Shown: piece by piece, positions 43,601 to 55,600 of the stretch | Numbering within the stretch: position 1 is the stretch's first letter | Layout of the letters: each line of letters begins with the position of its first letter | NCBI RefSeq assembly: GCF_964204645.1 | Contig: NC_134031.1 | Coordinates: 5,890,001-5,954,000, forward strand | DNA: 64,000 bases | From: Tubulanus polymorphus | Lineage: Eukaryota > Animalia > Nemertea | Direction of reading: 5' to 3' | Notes under the pieces: model-generated | Database searches by the model: none | What the model saw: only the letters and a program-made list of their open reading frames with translations | Told to the model about the DNA's origin: nothing | Translations under genes and position numbers: made by a program

Positions 43601-46600
43601 ATTTGACTCCACGGTTTACCCTTTAATTGCATCTACGCCTCAGTGCGGTGTATTACTCAGTGAATTTTGCTAGTACACCGCAGTGCGGTGTATTAATCAG
43701 TGAACTTTGCTAGTACACCGCAGTGTGGTGTACTGATGTTATTGGTAGTTTCTATCTCTAGGTGGCAGCACCTGTCAAACGTAGTGACTAATGATACATG
43801 GCACTGCAGTGTAGACGCATGCCTATTATTCACTGGGATGGAATTTTTCCAAATTTTCTAAAAAATCATCTCCAGCACTTTCTGGCATCAACCAGTCAGC
43901 ACTGAAAGGTTTAAAATATCGGAAATGAATGTAGAGTCAAACTTGAGATGAGAACCACGGAACTTGATCTCGAAAAAACAAGCACGGTCTACTTGAAAAT
44001 TGTGCTGGAGTGATGGGGTAACGAGCATGTCTCATGTGCCTCAAGCTTCGACACGAAATGTCTTCTTGAAAATAAAAGCTGGAAATATTTTTTCGTAATT
44101 TTTCTATTTTCTCTGATTTACGCACGTTCGCCGCCATAAGTGGTTCTGAGGTAGTTTAACCCTTTGACTGCCACACCCTATTTGACTACATTATGGCCCA
44201 GTTTTACAAAAAGTTTAAATTTTTTGTGTAATTGCTATTGGTTACTTCATTTTTTTTAATGACAAACCTAAATGATTTAAGCTTAAATTTTTTCATGAAA
44301 CTGACTCCTGGCCAGGATTTTAAAACAAATTTTCTAATATCGAACCTCAATTAGAATAACAAGCCTTTCATTAACCAGACTATTTGTTTTCAACAATCAC
44401 TATGTAAAGTAATGCTTTTACTCATCTGTCAATTACCCAAATCAGGCATTTTCAGTTCAAAGAAACTTATAATGGCAACAATCAAGCCAGTCGGAATAAT
44501 TGTAACATATTGGCAGATGCTCTGATTCGCACAAAATAGGATAACTTAAATACCCTCGTTCGTCTCTCAACTGCTAGAGGTCTGTATGTTTTACAGTCTG
44601 ACTTAGAACAACATATGACACCGGCGGCCCTGACTGACAATTTTTAGTATGGACGACATTTAGCCTGGTGGCAGCCGAAGGGTTAAAACAATATCGATTT
44701 CGTTGCGCTAGGAAATAATACATTTTCATACGAGGAGGAGTCGGACATGATGAGGCTGCTCACAGGGGAGATTGAACGGCTGTGACTCACTTCGAACATC
44801 GATCTTACCTTATAGATCTGTGTATAACAACAGTTATTTCAAAAAGCAAACAAACAAGAGATATCAAATATGAGAAAGTCTCTAACACGAGATCGAAAAA
44901 CCTAGAAATTTAATTCTAATCGTCCCCAAGTCCATGAGCAAAAGCCACAGTTGATGATATAACAGTTTATTCATTCTGATGGTTTCGACATTTCTGACTG
45001 TTTCATCATTGTTTCTCTGATCATGAAGTTTAGCCAAAACTGTCGGAATAAACTCGTTATATCAACAGCTGTTAGTTTTGATTATCAACTACTAAATACT
45101 GATATTAATCAATCAATCAGTCTACCGGTCATGTCCCGAGTCCAGTTTCAAAAGTTTTGCGATGAATTCTATATCCAGAATCGATTTAGAGAACAGAATG
45201 AATCAATGAAGATATCAAATCCATTCAAATATTTTTGAACCCAACCGAGGGAATCGAGTTCTAATCATCCTCGTTGGTCAAATAATGCAAGCGTTATTAA
45301 ACTTTTTCGTGAAACTGGCCCTCGGTCGACCGAGTTAAAGTAAATTTGAAATCAAATTATCATTCACTACTAACATTTTTCTGAAGTTGAGAAAAAGGTA
45401 CCGGTAGAAAGCGATAAAGCTAAGGGTATATAAGATGATATGCACTCGCCACTGCCTGCTCTATCAGTAACTGAGTTACCGCTGTTTATATATGTACGTA
45501 TGAAGTGCTAATTTAGGTTCGAAGTGTTAAAGAGTAGAATTAGAATTGGGATCGAAAGAATAAATCGATTGAATTGATATTATTTTACCTGCAGTGGCGC
45601 CCTCATGTTTAAATCCTCTGCGTAAATGCACATCACGTCCCACGGTACATGCAGTTTTAAGTAGTAGGTGATTTTGTCCGAGAATTCGACGTTATCCTGC
45701 AACAGAAAAAAAAAATTTAAAGAAACTCGGATCGGCCGACATCGCATGCATTTTAAACACCAAAACCATCGTTCTTAGTTGACAAGACACTCTTCTTGAA
45801 TTTTCATGACATTCCGAAAGTGATCTAAATCTTAGCCTGGCCCCAGTTGCACAGCGACGACGTCTTAAGTCCAAAAGTGGCGTCGAATCTTAAGACCGGT
45901 CTTTAGTTGTTAGATTGGCTACAGAATCAAGTTGATCTAAAACTGATTTTAAATCTTAGCCATGACTGTTCAACAGACCCCAGGGGGCCAGTTCCATAGT
46001 CATCTAAGACCGGTCTAACACCATGTTAGTTCTATAGCCAATCTAACAAATCAAGGCCTATCTCATGATTTAAGACCACTTTTGGTCCTAAGCCTTGACT
46101 ATGGAACCGGCCCGTGGAGCCGGTTGCATAGTCATGGCTTAAGACTTATGACCAGTCTAAGACCAACTTAGTTCTATAGACAATCTAACAACTTAAGACC
46201 AGTCTTAAGATTTAAGACCAACTTTGGACTTAAGTCACGACTGTGCAACTGGTCGTACAGTCTTGATCATACGTGGTCTGAAATCTTATGATCGGTCTTA
46301 AGTCGTTAGATCGACTATAGACCTCAGTATAGAACTAACGGACATTAGAAATATGTTTTCCATTTTTAACCGGGATCTCAGGGTAATACATCGGCGAAGG
46401 AACTCTTCTAGTTTTACCTCTTCGACTTCCAGGCCGCCTTTTTTCACATTGTTCACGAATTTATTTCGCCAATTACTCATTCGTTTTTTCTCCTTTTGTT
46501 CTTTCGCGTCGAGGGGCTTGCCGTCGATTTCTTCTTCGTAAACCAGAACGAAATCTACAATTTACCGACGATATACGATATTACAGTTTATTCGTACCGG

Positions 46601-49600
46601 GCATCCTTTATTATCGTACAACACAGGTTTTTGCAGAGCCGTTTTAGCAGAATTTTAATATTCTTAAAAAGTCTTAAGCCTAACTCATTAGGCATAAGAT
46701 CCGACCCAATTGTTGAGTCGCATAACCCTATTTTCGGCGCAAGCCTCGATCGCATTTTTGGGCCCGGGCAAACTATTCACAAATGGGCCCATGTCAGTTC
46801 AACCTGGACCAAAAGCAACGGACGGCGCAAGTGCCAAAATTCAGTTAGGGTCAAATTCACTTCGCTTTTGTGCAGCATTGTTCAGTATTTTACAAATTTT
46901 GATCCAGACCAAATCGTCTCCGTAAGATTGCGGCTATATTCTACCATTCACAGGCTATGAAGACCCATTTCCCCTTTACAGCAAAGCTGTCTTTGACACA
47001 GCAATTCAATATCCGCGATCACACGAGCATGTTTCGCCCGAGCCAAATTTTAGCACGAGACAAATGTTTGCGTTTGAATTGCAACTGGTTCCGGAAGTTA
47101 CTGACTTCACTTTGTTTGAGCATTTTTTAGTATCGAGTGATTGGTTCGTGTGTCCTCTGATTAGGCACGGGTCGAATTTAGTTGGGCCCGATCCGTGCCA
47201 ATTAAATTGCCAGCTAATTAAATGTCCTCAGCTTTCCATTATTCGGCCAAGAAATGTCAAAAGGTCGCGACATCGCCGCATCATCTTCTATGACACTGCG
47301 TCTACATGGAAATGATAAGATGTATTTAAATAGTTGCGATGATGAGTTATTCTAATCACATGCCGATGGATCTATATACATTCACACACACACACACATA
47401 GTGTCTACGCCGAGCGAATTCAATAATTATCAGGAGCAACAACCAACGACTGGATGAATGATTACGTTTACAGATTAACCCATTAGCACTCGTGCCGCCC
47501 GTATACGCCCTGCCTATTACTCCTCAAACCGCCTGAATCCGACCCGGCACTTTTTTCGTATGCTGCACAAAAACGGTTATAGTGGGATTCGAACCCAATA
47601 GCTTATGATAAACTAGACACGCAATCACTCGAAATACCGTACAGAAATCAATATCTTCCAATTTAAATTCTCGAGCATTTGGGGTACAAGGACAAAACAG
47701 ATCTGAGCGCTAACTTCAAATCCATGTAAGTTTGGATGAATTTCGGGGGGGGCCAAAAGGGGGCACGATTTTGGTGGACCGGCACTTCAAATCTTATATC
47801 ATATGAAAGCCTTGATTATTTACTACAAAATAACACAAACTTGCAACGCATGGAAAAAAACAGCAAATGAGCTATTCAGTATGACGATGAACTTGGATTT
47901 TCCCTTGAATTTTCTGAGGAGTAATTGACACTACATCGTAAAATTTCTGAGTGCTAATGGGTTAAACCAGTAGCAGAGAGAGAGAGAGAGACAAGGCTGA
48001 CAACAGCTGTTGATACCGAACCAAGCCGGCCGCCACCGCCAGGCAATATTTCGTTTCTTAATACAGTAAAAATATATCTATCTACAGGACGACCACATTA
48101 CAGCGTAAGATATCCGCCATAAAACCGATAAATTCCACGAGCAATGAATACCACATTTATTTGAAAATGTTGTGGAATAAAGAAAAACCAACATCAAAAT
48201 CCCATATCGACGCAATAGCGCAACATATCCCAGTACTAAAGTCAAAGTCTGTCATAACGCCAGAGCTCGTTAAACGGAAAGTCTGTCATAAGGCCAGAGC
48301 TTGCTAAACATAAGTCATTGTCACAACTTACTAAACGGAAAGTCAGTCATAAAGCCAGAGCTCTCTAAACAGAAAGTCTGTCATAACGCCAGAGCTAGCT
48401 AAGCAGAAAGTCTGTCACAACGCCCGAGCTCTCTAGACAGCGTAATTTTTCTGCAAACAGATGCGCTAATTCAATCTCAATGAAAAGATGCCAGCTACGC
48501 CAAATTTCTTGGTCCCTACATAGGTATTATAACGCACTATGACAGCATGTCCAATATACCACCAGTACGTGAATTGGTACAGGACAAATTTGGCCCGGGC
48601 CAAAAACGTTTGCGTGATCGCGGCTTTCACCGAAACCACACCGGCTACGAGCGTCCATCAACACGCTTCTCAATCGGTCAGATCTTCCCTGAGTAAATAT
48701 AGCTGCAGACAGAATCTATCTTCCGGGGTAGTAGCGCAAACAAGCAGTTTTATCAGCCGCGAGAATAACGATGACAACGTCATATATTGCTGAATCGACG
48801 GTCGACTCATTTATGATGGACAGTAGCGTGACTTGCGTTCGCAATCGCACACGCATGCCAAACCGGGCATACTTCGTAGTCGTAAACCACTCACTCGTTA
48901 TTAAACAATGCTTTGAATGAAGATTCATGTACTCATAATATGTACAACATTGTAAACATAATTTCTTAAGTCAAGATATAATTTCATAAATTAACCGAAT
49001 TACAAGGACAACCCCGAGTCCTGGGGGCTGTGGCTGATAGGGGGGTAGCCCTGCTTTGAACAAAATGATTCTAGTAACTTCCAGAACCTGTACCAATTCA
49101 AACGCAATAATTCGAAAATTTGAGTGGGAGAAAGAAGACCCCAAGCCCTGGGGGCTGTGCCTGATAGGGGAGGGGGTGACCCTACTTAAAAACAAAATGC
49201 AGCAAGTCACTTTCAGTACCTGTACCAATTCAGTCGCAATAATTTAACCCGTGCTAAAATTTGGCTGTGGCCAAACATACTCGCGCGATAAACCATTTTA
49301 CAGTTGCTAGCCGCCATTTTGTTAGGGTACTTTTGTCCCGTATTGTTGGGTCATTTTTTTCGTTTTTTTTAAAACTATCCGTGATGTGTATTGTATCATA
49401 TTTCATCTGCCCATGGATGGATTTTGACAACTTCAGCAACATTCAAACCGCATAAATCTCTAGTTTTCAGTTATGTAAAAATCATTTCTCAAATTTACAA
49501 CAATGCGACATGAGAGCAATATAAAAATCGGTGGTCAGTTTTTGCCGTGCGCATAGAAATCCAGGGTACTGAAATTTGAAGTTCGTTATTTTCAGAAATA

Positions 49601-52600
49601 ATTTTCTAAAAAATCCAAACATTTCAAGCACTGTGCGCATAAACGCCCCCTTTCAGGTGAACTTTGAAATTTTAAGATATCTTGCCTAGTTTTTTTCCTA
49701 TGGCACTTTAACTGCAGCGCGTGTATTGTCATTCCGAGATTCGGCGCTGTTTTCTTTGCGTGTATTTCAGTATATGGGTGTTATTTCTTCATTTTCACTA
49801 CACTTGTCTCTACGGAAAATGGTTTTAATTGTTGGTACGAGTATCAGGTTTAAATATTACGGCATTAATACTGTATTCCGTTCTCCGGCGCTAGTTCGTA
49901 ATGGCTGTAATGGTAGCCGCTTTTACGGCAGGCAGAGGCTTACGTACATGCACCCAAGAAAACCCAAAATATCACTCTTTTGTTGTAAATGCAATCCACA
50001 CACTTCTTGCGTTTTTGTGATGGTAGATGTCACTTTTTACTTTTTATCACGTGCGTCTGACATTCGAACTTGATACTTGATATTTCACCACCAAAACAAG
50101 AAAGTTTTCCTATATTTTCTTCCCAATCTAATCAATCTTGTGTGTACTTAATACAAAGTATTCATAGAAAGTAGCTGAATATTTGCCCCACCCCATTTGT
50201 CCAGCTTTTTGACCACTTCTCCATCCATCTAATTTCAGTAGATTTTTATGTAAATTTATTGATAGACTACTGATTTAAATGGTCATCATACTCGATTTTG
50301 AGTGATATATTTCTTTTCTTCTTCCATCTCAATATAGGCCCATATATTCTCTTCCCGCGCGCAACTTCGAATGCGTGATCAAAATGCCGCTCAGTCTCGC
50401 TGCTAAAACTGGTCAGAAAAATCCCTTAAACCCCAACATCTCTAATGTCTTCGACCTATTATATTGCATAAACGACGTGATATTTAAACCTGATACTCGT
50501 ACCAACAATTAAAACCATTTTCCGTAGAGACAAGTGTAGTGAAAATGAAGAAATAACACCCATATACTGAAATACACGCAAAGAAAACAGCGCCGAATCT
50601 CGGTATGACAATACACGCGCTGCAGTTAAAGTGCCATAGGAAAAAAACTCGGAAAGATATCTTAAAATTTCAAAGTTCACCTGAAAGGGGGCGTTTATGC
50701 GCACAGTGCTTGAAATGTTTGGATTTTTTAGAAAATTATTTCTGAAAATAACGAACTTCAAATTTCAGTACCCTGGATTTCTATGCGCACGGCAAAAACT
50801 GACCACCGATTTTTATATTACTCTCATGTCGCATTGTTGTAAATTTGAGAAATGATTTTTACATAACTGAAAACTAGAGATTTATGCGGTTTGAATGTTG
50901 CTGAAACTGTCAAAATCCATCCATGGGCAGATGAAATATGATACAATACACATCACTGAGGGTTTTTAAAAAAGAGAAAAAAATGACCCAACAATACGGG
51001 GCAAAAGTACCCTAACAAAATGGCGGCTAGCAACTGTAAAATGGTTTATTGCGGCTTACAGTTCAGTCACAATGCATTTCATTTTAGCGACTGGGTTCAA
51101 TCCCGCGAACAACTATTTGCGGACTATTCTCCCGACTAACCAACATTCGGTTTTTCTAGTTCGCGAATAGTCGACTATAACTCCGCTTACCGAAGTTCGC
51201 GCTTGGCTGTTATCCGATTATAGAGATAGGGGGCTAAAAACTACCTAAATTACACCCCTAAATCTGTTTCGATTTCGTCATTCGGATAACAATGAACATT
51301 TCGCCATTTGTTGCGTTTTATATGATTGCATATTTCAGTAATCGCGTTTAAAGCGACTACTGTAACATCTGCGCTACCTTTTTAGGGCTCTGTATATTAA
51401 CCGTGAATGAAATAACCGCGATCATTATTTTATGCAAATTAAATAACGACCACGAGCGCGGAATTATAACGTATCGATTGAATACTTAGTGTACTCCTAA
51501 CTGCTGTGCACGAGTTACATATATTATATAGACCCTAGCCTATTACGAATACAGCTGTGGTTTGAACACAGCTTTAGCGGTTTTAGCCATCGAAATGTAA
51601 AATTGAAAAGAGTGTCGATTTCTCACGGATCCGCTAGGCATCGCTAGTAATCTTGTGTTTTCTTCAGCGCCCTCACGGTTAGCGATAAACAATCCTCACT
51701 GTTAGCGATAAACGATAGATTTTCTAGGCTGGTTGCCGGTCGCTATTCTCAATTTGCGTTTTTCATGATTCCAGGTTTTTAAGTCTTAAAAACGTGACCA
51801 ATTTGACACTCAAAATACTTGAAGAACCTTTCAATTATAGAAATTTCTTATTCAATTTGTCTCGAATTTGTCGATTACCAACTTGATCTAATTTCGCCAT
51901 TTGAGAAATTAAGTTATCGGCTGCCTTTAAAACCAGTTTGATAAAACCACATCGGCTCGCCTGAAGCTTACCACGCGTAACAAGAAAACCGATTTTTGCA
52001 TTTCGGCTTTTTCACGATGTTTAGTTCTAGCGCTATAATGCACACAGCAAAGCAACAAACATCAAACAACAAAAAACGCCTACACAAACCTAAAACAGCG
52101 CTACTAATGAAAAAACTGGTGATCGCATCGAAATGACGACCACTTTGATCACCTGATGTGATTCATGCGGCTCATTGCCACTGATTGCTTGTGCGCCGGT
52201 GTTTTTTGATTCAATCTACTGCACGGGTGGATTTAGAGGGTGGTCTCGAGGGTCCGGAAAGTTACGTACAGGGTAGATAGGTAAACTTTTAAGCTCAGCA
52301 GAAACGAGAAACCGGGTACCAAATTTGGTACTATCACCCTCCCTCAGCCTATTAGGCCTATCTGTAAAACAACCTTCAAACATCACTCACCAATTCTGCG
52401 TATTCCATCTTTGAATTTGATGCTTTCGTGCGGATCCGAAGAGTTAAACGATATTCCAGCGTCCTCGTCCTCACTCTGTAAGTAATAAAAATTACATATA
52501 TATATGCGTCTATAAGTCCAGTCTACTTGAGAGATCTACTCGTTCAGTACAATCCAGTTCGTGCACTAAGATCATCATCTCAAAATTTACTCTCTCTTGC

Positions 52601-55600
52601 CCATTACAACCTAAGTACTTTTGGGTGACGTTCATTTACTGTAGTTGCTGCTTCCCTTTGGAATAACATTGATAACCACCTGCGTAATATTCACGATGTC
52701 AACCAGTTTAAACGTTCACTAAAACATCTACTCTTTCAACGTGCCTATACTTAGTGACTATGAACCAGTGCAGTGCGCCGGTGAACTTATCTTTTAAGAA
52801 ACAGGCGCCTTATAAATGTTTATTATTATTATTATTATTATGCGTTGTTAATTACTGCATCTAAAAAATGAGTGACTAACGAACAACCTACGTCTAACAG
52901 TTCCATCTAGAGGTAGTCAACCCACATATATACGCGTGCACGAATATAGCCCATATGACTGAGAATCTTTAAATTCTTGAATTTAGATCTTTTTATTTCG
53001 AATACCGAGACCTATCACCCGTGAAAATTAGAATGAAACTCAAATATTTGAATTAAAGCTATAGAATTTCATTCGAAATGGCTTCCAATCTGACTGAATG
53101 GAGTCGTAGCCTGTTTCGTGTGAAACCAGGCTTACATCCTGGATACAATAATGCTGTAATAGTGAAAGATATGTAGGATATAGTGAAAAATATATAGGCT
53201 ATATATATTTTGGTCCATTATTTCCCAATCTTAAAAGAGTATTCAAAATATAACATATTCAAAACCTACAGATATGTTGAGATAGATTTCGAATACTTTT
53301 GACAAAAATCTCATCTTAATTCATTAATGAAATTGAACCAGATTTTTGAATCGAGTGATTTCATGCAAAACATCAACCTAGCCTAAACACTCATGTGTCA
53401 ACTGGGATTTTCTGGGGTATCATCATCAGAGGGGGTGTGAAATCCCATTTCTTAAGTTTTAAAGTAGGCAACTTTTTGAAGATTTCTTGGCGATTTTCGA
53501 TGCCAGTGACAAATTTGCTACGATATCGCCTGGCGCGCAGCCACCAGCTGCAATCTTCGTCAGGCTAAAAAAATGATTGTAAGGTGTGGTGGGTTGTAAG
53601 GGACACTCGATCAAAAAAAAAATCAAACAAAATTTACCAACCAAATAAATAACAGGGTCAATCCCTATTCTAAGATCAAAAGATAAAAAAATGATTGTAA
53701 ACTGCGACGAAATTTTCAATTTCTATAGCTGCCGGGTCTGTTATTGCTAGCTTGATCATGATTTTAAAAAGTTATGTACAGGGTAGATAGGCGGCCGGCC
53801 GGGTTAACTTTAAAGCTCAGCAAAAATGAGATATGAGGTATCGATTATTTTCAGCCCTATTACCTATGATTCCCGAATAGCCGCGGTCCGGGCGGCATTT
53901 TTTTCGCGAACTCGACCCGGCCGGGCGATTATGAAAATTAAAATATTATATCACCGACGCGAAATCACCATGGAAACGGAAACTGTCCTAATTACGACGC
54001 CAGTAACAACGACGAACGAACGGCGAGCGAGATTACTGTTAACATTTTCCTAATTGCGATAAATGAGATTATTATGAAATGGTGATGGTGTAAATGTAAT
54101 GTCCCCCGCCGTCTCTAGCGTCTAACGATCAAACAAAATCCATACAGCCATTAAACACATCTCCGAACTTGAAAAAGTTAGTGCCCTTATTTTCTCAAAT
54201 ATTTGACGTATTCAATGGTTATTTGAAAGATGAAAAATATGATTCATACATAGGTAGGGAGTTAAGTAAATCAAAGTTAAATAAATGCGTTAAAGCTTTT
54301 AGAAAATATGCATTTTTTCCTGACTGAAAATAATCCCAAAAATCATAAACATCCAGGTCCCCAGACATTTTGGAAAAGGCATATGTCGGTTTTTGACCTA
54401 AGGTAACTGCCCTTTTTGGGATTCCCCGCCCGCCTCCCCCCAACATTCAAATGCTACAGCCCTGCTCACGTCCTCCCATTGACCTAAATAAGTTCTGGTC
54501 AAAACAATTGATCTATTCAGTTCGCAGTTCATGGTCCGATAGATGACTCCTGAGCGCCTAGTAGCTGCTCGCATGTTGTTACTTCTCGCCGGGTAGAGAT
54601 GACTGTTACATGGTTAGAGTTATAGGCTGGGGTAATAATACCGATTTAATGCAAAGCATTCTTGTTGTTGAACATTGAACCGCAGTTGAAAGGGCGTGAC
54701 CATAGAAATAAAATTTCTATCACTACTACTATTATTATTAATAATAATAAAACATTATATTCACATAAGTCAATCAGGCTCGTACCAAGCTTTTAGAGGG
54801 ACAGCTCTATTTCAAGAAAAAGGGTACATTTTTACCGTAAGGGCACTTTTGACTGTGAAAAGGGGTACTTTCCTATTGAAAAAGGACACATCTAAAATAC
54901 GAAGTGCCTGGGTACATGAATAAATCATTTTAGGATGGATTGCTTATCATTTTTTCATTTTTTTTTAAACATGAAAATTGTATCCGAATTTCGCAAAATC
55001 TTGGCCCCAAATTTGTTGGGGGGAGACTTTTTTGAAGGGCGCTTTGAAAATTTCAGGCGGTTCGTTCACTACCCCCGAACCCCCACTCGGCACCGGATTT
55101 AGAATCATGAAAATTGTTGAGCGTAAAGGGTTAGAAAAATCCGGTCTTCCACACCACTCCCAAAATCATCTATATTGCAATGCTCGCACACGTGCGCCAA
55201 GCGCAGTGATTCAGAACATCGATCGTAAACGAGATGTGGAGAGTGTATGCGCTGTACTGTGACTGCGTAATAACAATAATAACAGCAGCCAGCTCGCGAT
55301 GCGACTCCAAAAAATATCAATCGATGATGAGATATAGTATGCGATAATATGAGAGCGTTCTGACTGCGATATATATCGTTCACTGTGTCATCGAGACACG
55401 AGACACTGATTCCGCGAATGATCGCATCATCGGATTTTGCGTCACGGGAACCGAACGAGGGGGAGGGGCACGAGTGGGCGAGAAACGGAAATGAGAGAGG
55501 CATGAGGGAACGCGCGGGCTGTCAAGTGGGCCGTTTGAAAAAAGGGGAACGTAGGGATAAAATTCTGATTTTGATCGCTCAAAAGTATGGATTTTAAAGC

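Noticed and set aside
48245-48440. Regularly spaced ~34-bp repeats resembling a CRISPR array
   Set aside because: Units are contiguous with no unique spacers, the context is eukaryotic, and there are no cas genes. It is a minisatellite.
49726-50761. Two ORFs with the same peptide on opposite strands
   Set aside because: A by-product of the inverted arms of the foldback element, not duplicated genes.
51191-51233. Segment with tag acceptor and gtaag donor
   Set aside because: 43 nt would shift the frame; no coding support.
53867-53901. ATG-led segment with AG|gtaat donor as an alternative first exon
   Set aside because: Ends in phase 2, whereas the next anoctamin exon needs phase 0.
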